Shown here in pieces: positions 46,397 to 54,596 of a stretch of DNA of 64,000 nucleotides (its first letter is position 1; each line of letters opens with the position of its first letter). The stretch spans positions 21,864-85,863 of the forward strand of contig JBAZCA010000005.1 in NCBI GenBank assembly GCA_041671125.1. The letters are read 5' to 3'. This DNA comes from Patescibacteria group bacterium. Its GTDB lineage: Bacteria > Patescibacteriota > Patescibacteriia > Patescibacteriales > JBAZCA01. The translations under genes and the position numbers were made by a program. Below the pieces are notes generated by a model, which had not been told where the DNA came from, searched no databases, and worked only from the letters and a program-made list of their open reading frames with translations.

Positions 46397-47323
46397 ATGT
46401 CCATTATTTCCATTCTAATCACGACCGCCGGTTTAACGCTTTTTGAAATCGTCTCCAGCATTGACAACGCCATAATTAACGCCGAGGTGCTTAGCACCAT
46501 GCAGCCGAAATATCGGCGTTGGTTTTTGGTCTGGGGAATATTATTCGCCGTCTTCGTTGTCCGTGGGCTACTCCCTTGGGCGATCGTCTGGGCGACGGCG
46601 CCGGAACTCGGATTTTTAGGGGCGCTTACCGCCACGTTCTCTTCAGACCCGAAAGTCATAGAGGCAATTGAATCCTCCGCTCCGGTGCTTTTAGTCGGTG
46701 GCGGAATTTTCCTTATTTTCCTTTTTTTCCACTGGCTTTTTATTGAGGAAAAGCATTACGGTCTTATCGGCGAAAAATTTTTTCATTCGCAGGGAGTCTG
46801 GTTTTACGCGGTGGTGTCCATAATCTTGGCGGTTGTCGTCTGGGCGGCTTTGCACGAAAATCCTTTAATGGCTTTCGGGGCGGTGGTCGGCTCCACCGCG
46901 TTTTTTATCACCCACGGCTTTAAGCAGAACGCCGAGCAGGCGGAAAAACAGCTTTTAAACAAAGGAAGCGGTCTTTCAGACATCAGTAAAATATTATATC
47001 TTGAAGTGATCGACACGACATTTTCCATTGACGGAGTTTTAGGCGCTTTTGCTTTTACCCTGTCAGTGCCGATAATTTTATTCGGCAACGGCATCGGGGC
47101 GTTCGTCGTCCGGCAATTAACCGTTGGCAATATTGACCGGATAAAAAAATATATGTTTTTAAAAAACGGGGCCATGTATTCAATCTTTTTCCTTGGCCTT
47201 ATCATGGTTTTGGACAGTTTCGGTTTTCATATCCCGGCCTGGCTTTCCCCGGTCGTTACTTTCGGCGTAGTCGCTTATTTTTTTTGGAAGTCAAAAATAG
47301 CGATGAACAGTAATGTTAAATAA
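46397..47323 (+). CDS. DUF475 (TerC-related) integral membrane protein
   Basis: LFEIVSSIDNAIINAEVLSTM and later DTTFSIDGVLGAFA are the two DUF475-type repeats. Start taken at ATG 46397. Confidence 0.6.
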   Translation: MSIISILITTAGLTLFEIVSSIDNAIINAEVLSTMQPKYRRWFLVWGILFAVFVVRGLLPWAIVWATAPELGFLGALTATFSSDPKVIEAIESSAPVLLVGGGIFLIFLFFHWLFIEEKHYGLIGEKFFHSQGVWFYAVVSIILAVVVWAALHENPLMAFGAVVGSTAFFITHGFKQNAEQAEKQLLNKGSGLSDISKILYLEVIDTTFSIDGVLGAFAFTLSVPIILFGNGIGAFVVRQLTVGNIDRIKKYMFLKNGAMYSIFFLGLIMVLDSFGFHIPAWLSPVVTFGVVAYFFWKSKIAMNSNVK

Positions 47324-48029
47324 AAATAATTATATGGGAAATTTTGACAATTTACCGAAGGCTGGCGCCGGGTTCCGTATAAGCGGAACGCCCGGCAGTT
47401 TTCAAAGGAAATTTAGGTCGGCAATTAAGTATGGCGATTTAAAAAACCTGAAAGATAACGAAGCCGCCATAACAAAGGAATTTGAAAACAGAATGCCGGC
47501 TTTAAGAAAAAGAGGCGGATTAACCTGGCAAGAGAGGCGGAGCGCATATTTTAGTATTTTAAAAAGGGACAAAAAACTAACCTTTGGTGACAAGAAAGAA
47601 GTGAAAAAATTGTTGGAGAGTTATGCTAAAGGACAAAATTCATCCGGCGGAGGCATTCTTAAAGGATCGCAGACTGCAGAAAAAAAGTCTTCTTCCGGTT
47701 CGTTTTGGGGAATTCTAGGTAGTAAAAAGAAAGAAGAAAAACCGCCGGTTAATCCGGCCATAAGGGCTTATGATCCGGAAGCCATGGCCACCGCCGGCCG
47801 GGTGGGTTACAATCCTGATCAAAGGGGCTTTGCCGGATCCGGGACGGGAAGCGTCAGCTCGCAAGAAATGAGCGGAAGCATGAAATTCATCAATAACCAG
47901 CCGAACCGGTACGCGAAAAAAGGGACCGGTAATCCGGCTTCGCTTTTTGCCCTCGGCGGCAAGTCCGGCGCTTCTTCGGCCAGTCAAGGGAAAGCCTTGG
48001 GACCAAATCGGTTAAAGCCGATTATTTAA
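47313..48029 (+). CDS. Hypothetical protein, Gly/Ser/Lys-rich
   Basis: 238-aa ORF (alternative start 47334). No recognisable motif. Confidence 0.4.
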   Translation: MLNKNNYMGNFDNLPKAGAGFRISGTPGSFQRKFRSAIKYGDLKNLKDNEAAITKEFENRMPALRKRGGLTWQERRSAYFSILKRDKKLTFGDKKEVKKLLESYAKGQNSSGGGILKGSQTAEKKSSSGSFWGILGSKKKEEKPPVNPAIRAYDPEAMATAGRVGYNPDQRGFAGSGTGSVSSQEMSGSMKFINNQPNRYAKKGTGNPASLFALGGKSGASSASQGKALGPNRLKPII

Positions 48030-48032
48030 TTA

Positions 48033-48108
48033 ACACATAACACATAACACATAACACATAACACATAACACATAACACATAACACATAACACATAACACA
48101 TAACACAT
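48033..48108. repeat. Tandem heptamer (ACACATA) x about 10.9
   Basis: Perfect head-to-tail copies counted by hand from 48033 to 48108. Confidence 0.95.
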
Positions 48109-48185
48109 TTTTTACTCCGCAGACCTGGCTGATTTAAAGAAAAGAATGAAAAAAAGTCAAATCCGTTATGCGTTACGAGATTTTT

Positions 48186-48836
48186 ATGAAAAAAATATTT
48201 TACATCATGTTCGGTCCGCCGGGCTCGGGAAAGGGGACGCAGGCGGAAATTTTAGGGAAAAGAATGGGCCTGCCGACGATCTCCACCGGCGTTCTTTTGC
48301 GCAAAGAAATCGGTGATAAGACTGAACTGGGACAAAAGGTGGAATCAATTATTGCCGGAGGAAATCTGGTTTCGGATGAAATCGTCGCAAAAATGATTAT
48401 TAGCAGGCTAAAAGAGTCTGACGCCGCAAAAGGTGCAATTTTTGACGGTTATCCGCGAACCATGAACCAAAATAAATTCCTTTTGGATGTTTTAAAAGAA
48501 ATTCCCGGCGACAATATTATCCCGATACTCGTTGATGTGTCGGATGAGGAAGTCGCGAGGCGTTTAGGCGGAAGAAGAAGTTGTTCTTGCGGGGCGACTT
48601 ATCACATGATTTACAATCCGCCGAAGAATGACGAGACCTGCGACGTCTGCGGCGCGAAAATAGTTATCCGTCCGGATGACGAACCTGGAGTGATAAAAGA
48701 AAGACTCAAGGTTTACCATCTAAACGTTGATCTGGTGATTAATTATTGGAGAAGTAACGGCAGGCTGATAGTAATCGACGGCGAACCGCCGATCAAGGAA
48801 GTGGCCAAGGAGATAGAAAAAAAATTGAAATTTTAA
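48186..48836 (+). CDS. adk: Adenylate kinase (zinc-lid type)
   Basis: ATG 48186 (MKKIFYIMFGPPGSGKGTQ). Lid CSCG..CDVCG. Confidence 0.93.
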   Translation: MKKIFYIMFGPPGSGKGTQAEILGKRMGLPTISTGVLLRKEIGDKTELGQKVESIIAGGNLVSDEIVAKMIISRLKESDAAKGAIFDGYPRTMNQNKFLLDVLKEIPGDNIIPILVDVSDEEVARRLGGRRSCSCGATYHMIYNPPKNDETCDVCGAKIVIRPDDEPGVIKERLKVYHLNVDLVINYWRSNGRLIVIDGEPPIKEVAKEIEKKLKF

Positions 48837-48873
48837 ATTTTGCCACTTTTTTAGAAAAAGTGGCGCAAAAATC

Positions 48874-49016
48874 GCGAGCAGGAAAAATTTCGGATCATTC
48901 ACTGTGAAGCCTAGTAAAATTCCAAACTCGTCGCTCACTGATGTTCGCTCCTCAGACAGTGGAATTTTACACGGCTTCCACGCTCATAATTATCGCCGAA
49001 ATTTTTCAATGCTCGC
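48874..49016. repeat. 143-nt imperfect palindrome between adk and map
   Basis: gcgagcaggaaaaatttcgg (48874-48893) pairs with ccgaaatttttcaatgctcgc (48996-49016). Confidence 0.75.
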
Positions 49017-49024
49017 ATCTTTAA

Positions 49025-49897
49025 ATGATTCATGTGAAGACCAAAGAGGAAATCTTGGCTATGCGCGAGGGCGGAAAAATACTCGCGAGAATTCTTCATG
49101 CCCTGGCGAAAGAAGTTAAACCTGGCGTTACGACCGGTTATCTTGAAAACCTTGCCTATAAACTAATAACAGAAGCCGGCGGCAAGCCGGCTTTTAAAGG
49201 TTATAAGTCAGGAGCCGGCGGCCGGGGTTTTCCGACCGCGATTTGCGCTTCAATAAACCATGAAGTCGTCCACGCTCCGGCTTTACCTCCAAGAGTTTTG
49301 GAAGAAGGCGATTTAATCGGTATTGATATTGGCATGGAATATCCCGCTTTCGTTCCGCCTGCCGGCGGAACTACGGCGGGCAAGCCCGCTATGTCCGGAG
49401 CCGTAAAAAACTTTCCGAAGAACAGGTATTCGGCTTCCGGCGGTTTTATTACGGATATGGCTTTGACGGCCGGAGCCGGGGAAATCGGTGAAGAGCGGAG
49501 AAAGCTCCTGGAAGTAACCAAAAAAGCCCTAGAACTCGGTATCGCCGAGGTAAAACCCGGCAAGCGGCTTTCCGATATCGGCCGGGCAATTGAAAATTAT
49601 GTTAAGAAAAACGGTTTTTCCGTTGTTCGGGCGTTAGTCGGCCACGGGGTCGGCTACGAAGTGCACGAAGAGCCGCAAATCCCGAACTACCTAGCGAAGG
49701 AAAAAGATTTTAAAGATGTTGTTTTAAGACCAGGCATGGTGATCGCCATTGAACCGATGGTAAACGCCGGGGAGCATGATGTTGAATCAGACGCCGACGG
49801 GTTTACGATCGTAACGAGCGACGGAAGCATGAGCGCGCATTTTGAGCATACGGTCGCGGTGACGGACCGGGGGCATGAAATTCTTACTTTAGAATGA
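49025..49897 (+). CDS. map: Methionine aminopeptidase type I with about 32-aa insert
   Basis: GIDIG..[insert]..GFITDMALT, VGHGVG, IEPMV, EHTV metal-ligand contexts. Confidence 0.9.
   Translation: MIHVKTKEEILAMREGGKILARILHALAKEVKPGVTTGYLENLAYKLITEAGGKPAFKGYKSGAGGRGFPTAICASINHEVVHAPALPPRVLEEGDLIGIDIGMEYPAFVPPAGGTTAGKPAMSGAVKNFPKNRYSASGGFITDMALTAGAGEIGEERRKLLEVTKKALELGIAEVKPGKRLSDIGRAIENYVKKNGFSVVRALVGHGVGYEVHEEPQIPNYLAKEKDFKDVVLRPGMVIAIEPMVNAGEHDVESDADGFTIVTSDGSMSAHFEHTVAVTDRGHEILTLE
49340..49445. repeat. GC-rich mini-element region translated inside map
   Basis: cccgctttcg..ccgcctgccggcgg..ctacggcgggcaagcccgc. The same end motifs occur in the rplX leader (40852-40882) and the same core in the LigD-PE gene. 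Confidence 0.55.
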
Positions 49898-49957
49898 TAC
49901 GCCAGCCAGACAAATATTGACTTTTAGAAAAATTGAATTAAAAGTTAAAAATTAAAA

Positions 49958-50362
49958 ATGCAAAATTACAATTCAAAATTTAAAAATATAAAATATTTAG
50001 GCGTGGACTGGGGAACTGATCGCATCGGATTGGCTATGGCCGATTCTGAAACTAATCTGGCGATTCCATATAAAACCGTGAAGAACATTAAAGAAGTTGT
50101 TGAAGTAATAAAAGAAGAAGAGGTGGAAAAAATTATCATCGGTTCGCCCCTCACTTTAAGGAATGAAGAAGGTAAAAACAGGAAAAGGGTTGATGAATTT
50201 ATCAGTGAATTAAAAAAGAAAACCGGATTGCCGATAGAAACCGTTGACGAGCGGCTAACCACCCGGCTCGCGAAATCGCTTAGCGGCGACAGGAAAGTCA
50301 AAGCCGAAAAAGACGCCGTATCGGCTATGCTGATTTTACAAACATATCTTGATAGCAAATAG
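49958..50362 (+). CDS. ruvX: YqgF/RuvX-like putative Holliday junction resolvase / pre-16S nuclease
   Basis: YLGVDWGTDRIGLAMAD and C-terminal DERLTT..A. Confidence 0.8.
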   Translation: MQNYNSKFKNIKYLGVDWGTDRIGLAMADSETNLAIPYKTVKNIKEVVEVIKEEEVEKIIIGSPLTLRNEEGKNRKRVDEFISELKKKTGLPIETVDERLTTRLAKSLSGDRKVKAEKDAVSAMLILQTYLDSK

Positions 50363-50431
50363 TAAATAGATTATTATAAAAGAAAATTAAAAAATTTCTA
50401 TTTACTATTGTCTATTTGCTATTTACTCTCT

Positions 50432-51148
50432 ATGAACGAAACTTACAACCTAAAAGCCATAATTTTAAAGCGCGAACCTTTTCGGGAGCATGACGCGAGA
50501 ATTACCCTATACAGCCGGGAAAGAGGAAAACTAAGCCTCATCGCCCGGGGGACGAAAAAAACCCGCTCAAAAATGGCCGGGCATCTTGAACCGATAACGC
50601 TCGCCAACATCATGGCCGTCCGGGGAAAGGCTTTTGATTATGTCGGCGGAGCCGCGAGTGAGAAATGTTTTCAAGGCGTAAAAGGCGATTTGGAGAAAAC
50701 CGGAGTTGCCGGTGAAGCGATAAGAAAATTTTCCAGCCTGATAAAAGAGGAAGAAAAAGACGAAAATATTTTCGGCTTATTTTTGGATTTCATAAATATT
50801 TTGGAAGAAGAAAAAAATAAGGATTTTAAATTGATATCCGGTTATTTTATGTTTAAGTTTCTTTGCTTATCGGGTTATCGCCCGGAATTGAAAATTTGCG
50901 TTGATTGCGGAAGAAAAATTGAACCGGGCGGAAATTTTTTCGCCCTAAGAAAGGGAGGTTTGGTCTGTAAAACGCATAATTGCCGGCCGGATTTACATAA
51001 CCATAAAGTTTCGGATGACAGTATTAAGATGTTAAGGTGGGTGAGTGAAAGTGATTTAAGTAACGCGTTAAAAGTTAAAACTGATTTGAAAATAGATGGT
51101 GAGGTTAATAACCTCATTTGTTCTTTTACGAATATGATAAATTCATGA
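50432..51148 (+). CDS. recO: DNA repair protein RecO
   Basis: ATG 50432 (MNETYNLKAIILKREPFREHDARITLYSRERGKL). Zinc motif CVDCG..C. Confidence 0.85.
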   Translation: MNETYNLKAIILKREPFREHDARITLYSRERGKLSLIARGTKKTRSKMAGHLEPITLANIMAVRGKAFDYVGGAASEKCFQGVKGDLEKTGVAGEAIRKFSSLIKEEEKDENIFGLFLDFINILEEEKNKDFKLISGYFMFKFLCLSGYRPELKICVDCGRKIEPGGNFFALRKGGLVCKTHNCRPDLHNHKVSDDSIKMLRWVSESDLSNALKVKTDLKIDGEVNNLICSFTNMINS

Positions 51149-51159
51149 GGAGGCGGGAT

Positions 51160-51354
51160 ATGGAGAGAGTGTTTGTTGCTGAAAATAAGGAGCAGGGTTT
51201 TTTCGCGCTCCTTAGAATAATTTTTGAACTGCCAACCGGTAGTTCAAAAGAGGCCGGTCCTGACCAGTCATCGGATGTCAGAAATCTTGACAGCCGAAGC
51301 CAGAACAAAACCAGTCGGCGCTGGAAGATCTCCAGAGTTGACGAACCATGGTAG
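51160..51354 (+). CDS. Small ORF of doubtful coding status (could be a 3' UTR or an RNA)
   Basis: GAGGAGG lies 6 nt before ATG 51160. The 64-aa product has no recognisable features. Followed by a strong terminator. Confidence 0.25.
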   Translation: MERVFVAENKEQGFFALLRIIFELPTGSSKEAGPDQSSDVRNLDSRSQNKTSRRWKISRVDEPW

Positions 51355-51385
51355 GCCGGACACGGAATCCCGGCCTTTTATTTGA
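51354..51385 (+). terminator. Rho-independent terminator
   Basis: ggccgg acacggaatc ccggcc followed by ttttatttg. Confidence 0.7.
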
Positions 51386-51574
51386 TTTTTTAGCGATAAT
51401 AAGCTAAGATTAGTGTGTAGCAGAATTAAATTCATCAGGCTGGTTTTGCATTAAACTGTTATATAAGCCTTGTACAGCGCGGATATTCCGCGGATTAAAA
51501 CGCTGAATTATCGCTGATAAATAGTTGTTCTAAAAATAAGTTAAACTGAGTGGCTAAATTTGTTTAATATTCAA

Positions 51575-51753
51575 TGAGACGGTTGCAAAACTCCTTTTGT
51601 TCCGAGTTGTCCTTTTCGCCCGATACTTGCGTCAAGCTGGCTCGAAATGATTTTCAGCGTAGCCCTGCTACGCCTCAAATCATTTCGCTTGTTTTCCTCG
51701 TCTCGGACAAAAAGTCTCAACTCTCGCTTAAAAGTAGTTTTGTAACCGTCTCA
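51575..51753. repeat. 179-nt palindrome immediately upstream of aspS (TGAGACGGTT.CAAAA family)
   Basis: tgagacggttgcaaaactcc.. pairs with ..agttttgtaaccgtctca, and the centre cgaaatgattt pairs with aaatcatttcg. A short relative lies at 5029-5064. Confidence 0.85.
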
Positions 51754-51759
51754 ATACAT

Positions 51760-53670
51760 ATGCTTAGAACCCATACCAACGGAGAACTGAATAAGTCTAA
51801 CGCCGGAGAAAGCGTGGCGCTTTGCGGCTGGGTGCACCGCCGGCGCGACCATGGCGGAATAATTTTTATTGACCTCCGCGACCGTTACGGCCTGACGCAG
51901 ATTAAATTTGATCCGGATATAAATGAAGCGGCCTGGAAAAAAGCGGACAGCCTCCGGAGCGAGTGGGTGATAAAAGCGTCCGGCAAAGTGCTTTCGCGAC
52001 CCGAAGACATGGTTAATAAAAAATTAAAGACCGGGGAGATTGAAGTGGGGGTTTTAAACCTTGAAATCATGAGCGAATCAAAAACTCCACCCTTTGAAAT
52101 TGACGAGGAAAAAGCCGACGCGTCTAACGAAGCTTTAAGGCTAAAATACCGCTTCATAGATTTAAGGCGCGAAGCGCTACAAAAACTTTTAGCGAAAAAA
52201 GACAAGTTTTTTCAGTTTACCCGAAAATATTTTCACGCGCTCGGGTTTATTGAAGTCCAGACCCCGATTCTCGCGAACTCTTCGCCTGAAGGCGCGCGGG
52301 ATTTTTTAATTCCGTCGCGGCTTTATCCGGGGAAGTTTTACGCCCTGCCGCAGGCGCCCCAGCAGTTTAAACAGCTTTTGATGGTTTCCGGGTTTGACCG
52401 TTATTTCCAGATCGCCCCCTGCTTCCGAGACGAAGACCCGCGCATGGATCGCCATTACGGAGAGTTTTACCAGCTGGACATGGAAATGAGTTTTGCAGAG
52501 CAGGAAGATATTTTTAAAATCATGGAGCCCTGGGCTCTTGAGATAACGAAAAAATTCAGCCGGAAAAAAGTTGTCGGCCTAGAAGCGGACGGTCGGCTGA
52601 AAAAAATTCCCTGGCGCGAAGCCCTGACAAAATACGGGATTGATAAACCGGATTTGCGCTATGATTTAGAAATTAAGCCAGTTACTGAGCTGGTAAAAGG
52701 TTGTGGTTTTACCGTGTTCGCCGGCGCGGTTGAATCGGGCGGCGTGGTTCATGCCCTGAAAGTTGATGGCGGAGCCAAATTCACCCGTTCGCAGATTGAT
52801 GAACTGACCGAGGTAGCGCGAGGAAAGGGCGCTAAAGGATTGGCATATATTGTTGTAAAGTCAAAAGTCAAAAGTCCCAAGTCAGAAGCCATTCTAAGTG
52901 GAGCAAAACTGAACGAAGAATCTCGCGGCAATAACAATGAGACACAGGATTCTTCGGCCTTGCGGACTCAGGATGACGGTGATAAATATGAACTGCAGTC
53001 TCCGATCATAAAATTCTTAGGCGACGAGCTGGCCGGGAAAATCGTGGAAGTCGTGGAGGCCAAGGCGGGCGATATAGTTTTCTTCGGCGCTGATAAGTGG
53101 CGGACGGTTTGCGACGCTTTGGGCGCGGTTCGGATCGCCTGTGCGGAAAAATTGAAATTAAAAGACAAGAAAAAAGCCGCCTGGTGCTGGATTGTTGATT
53201 TTCCCATGTATGACTATTCGGAAATTGAAGCCGGAAAAATTGATTTCGGCCATAACCCGTTTTCCATGCCCCAGGGCGGGATGGAGGCGCTAAATTCGAA
53301 AGAGCCTTTGGAAATCCTCGCCCATCAATATGATCTTATTCTAAACGGTTTTGAAGTTTCATCCGGGGCGATAAGGAACCATGAACCGGAAATCATGTAT
53401 AAAGCTTTTGAAATCGCCGGTTATACCAGGGAACAGGTGGACGCGAAATTCGGCGCTATGCTCCGGGCCTTTTCCTACGGCGCGCCTCCGCACGGCGGCA
53501 ACGCTCCGGGCGTAGACCGGATTTTCATGGCCTTAAACGATCTTGATTCCATCCGCGATATTTACGCTTTCCCTAAAGATGGTAAAGGCAAGGATTTGCT
53601 CATGGATTCTCCGAGCGAGGTGGATGAAAAGCAGCTGCGCGATTTGCATGTTAGGGTGAAACTGGATTGA
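51760..53670 (+). CDS. aspS: Aspartyl-tRNA synthetase (bacterial type, with repeat-derived insert)
   Basis: ATG 51760 (MLRTHTNGELN..GWVHRRRDHGGIIFIDLRD). Class II motifs FRDED and GGNAPGVDR. The listed start (51574) lies in the palindrome. Confidence 0.93.
   Translation: MLRTHTNGELNKSNAGESVALCGWVHRRRDHGGIIFIDLRDRYGLTQIKFDPDINEAAWKKADSLRSEWVIKASGKVLSRPEDMVNKKLKTGEIEVGVLNLEIMSESKTPPFEIDEEKADASNEALRLKYRFIDLRREALQKLLAKKDKFFQFTRKYFHALGFIEVQTPILANSSPEGARDFLIPSRLYPGKFYALPQAPQQFKQLLMVSGFDRYFQIAPCFRDEDPRMDRHYGEFYQLDMEMSFAEQEDIFKIMEPWALEITKKFSRKKVVGLEADGRLKKIPWREALTKYGIDKPDLRYDLEIKPVTELVKGCGFTVFAGAVESGGVVHALKVDGGAKFTRSQIDELTEVARGKGAKGLAYIVVKSKVKSPKSEAILSGAKLNEESRGNNNETQDSSALRTQDDGDKYELQSPIIKFLGDELAGKIVEVVEAKAGDIVFFGADKWRTVCDALGAVRIACAEKLKLKDKKKAAWCWIVDFPMYDYSEIEAGKIDFGHNPFSMPQGGMEALNSKEPLEILAHQYDLILNGFEVSSGAIRNHEPEIMYKAFEIAGYTREQVDAKFGAMLRAFSYGAPPHGGNAPGVDRIFMALNDLDSIRDIYAFPKDGKGKDLLMDSPSEVDEKQLRDLHVRVKLD
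52856..52977. repeat. Composite repeat insertion translated inside aspS
   Basis: aaagtcaaaagtcaaaagtcccaagtcagaag (AGTC-word family), then ccattctaagtggag..aacgaagaatctcgcgg..actcaggatgac (family of 27552-27638). Confidence 0.7.
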
Positions 53671-53716
53671 GATGTATCAGCGAAGCGAAAGAAGTATTTT
53701 TGTGAAAATATTAATT

Positions 53717-54292
53717 ATGAAAAATAATCTAGAACAACTCGCTTACGAATGGATAACCGCCGAGGCCGATAAGACTGATATTGAGAGCGCGTTTTATTGC
53801 CGGACAAGGGATATTTTTGAGGCAAGATCCGGAAGGATGTTTAATGAGCTCGTGAAAAACGAAAAATTTGGAAGTAATTCTTATGTCATAATGGCTGCCG
53901 TCGGCGAGATTGGCAACAATTCTTTTGACCACAACATTGGCAGTTGGTCGGATGTTCCGGGAACATTTTTCGGCTATGAATTTGAAAAGGGCGAGCTTTT
54001 AATAGTAATGGCCGACCGGGGGCAGGGAATTTTAAAAACGTTAAAAAAAGTAAAGCCGGAATTAAAGAATGACGCGGAAGCGCTAAAAACGGCTTTTACC
54101 GAAAAGATTTCCGGTCGGGCGCCGGAGAATAGAGGAAATGGCCTTAAATTCGTCAAAAAGAATGTGGAAGAGGAGAAAATGCATTTAACTTTTTTGTCCG
54201 GCAATGCCCAAGCGGAGCTGAATGAAAGAATGGTGATAACCGAAAAAGATAAAAATCTGCGAGGCTGTTTAGTAATATTAAAAGTAAAATAA
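53717..54292 (+). CDS. GHKL (HATPase_c-like) ATPase / RsbW-SpoIIAB-like serine kinase
   Basis: N-box GEIGNNSFDHN, G1 ADRGQGI, G2 ENRGNGLKFV. Start taken at ATG 53717. Confidence 0.6.
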   Translation: MKNNLEQLAYEWITAEADKTDIESAFYCRTRDIFEARSGRMFNELVKNEKFGSNSYVIMAAVGEIGNNSFDHNIGSWSDVPGTFFGYEFEKGELLIVMADRGQGILKTLKKVKPELKNDAEALKTAFTEKISGRAPENRGNGLKFVKKNVEEEKMHLTFLSGNAQAELNERMVITEKDKNLRGCLVILKVK

Positions 54293-54296
54293 TACT

Positions 54297-54578
54297 ATGA
54301 TTATAGAGCTTAAAAAATTTGGCGACATACTGGTTTCCAGACCGGCCGGCCGGGAAGCGTATTTGGCCATGTCGGCCTACCTTACCCGGGATGTTGATAA
54401 AAACGAGGAAATCATAATTGATTTTTCCGGGGTGAAAGTGCTCGCGCCGTCCTGGGCTGACGAGGTGATTACTAAGGTCGCCGAAGAATTCAAAAATGTT
54501 GAGCTGATTAACGCGGAAAATCAAAGCGTCCAAGCCACCCTAAAAACCTTAAGGGAATATTCGGATTTGAAGATATAA
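54297..54578 (+). CDS. STAS-like DUF4325 protein
   Basis: 93 aa, GDILVSRPAGREAY..IIIDFSGVKVLAPSWADEVI, typical of DUF4325. Confidence 0.6.
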   Translation: MIIELKKFGDILVSRPAGREAYLAMSAYLTRDVDKNEEIIIDFSGVKVLAPSWADEVITKVAEEFKNVELINAENQSVQATLKTLREYSDLKI

Positions 54579-54596
54579 AAAATAATTAATCAACCT

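Noticed and set aside
48033-48108. Possible CRISPR array (this tandem repeat and the many repeated spacers elsewhere)
   Set aside because: The unit is 7 nt with no spacers. The other repeats are palindromic hairpins unique to each spacer. No cas genes are present.
51574-51759. Over-long N-termini in the ORF track: aspS 51574, fusA 29417, rpsG 28969, rplD 35544, rpsC 38720, rplN 40377, rplE 41229, recO 50408, adk 48168, rpmB 27613, and the ORFs starting at 26561, 5060 and 15896
   Set aside because: The extra codons fall in spacer hairpins or the upstream gene. Canonical conserved N-termini begin at the internal ATGs I used.
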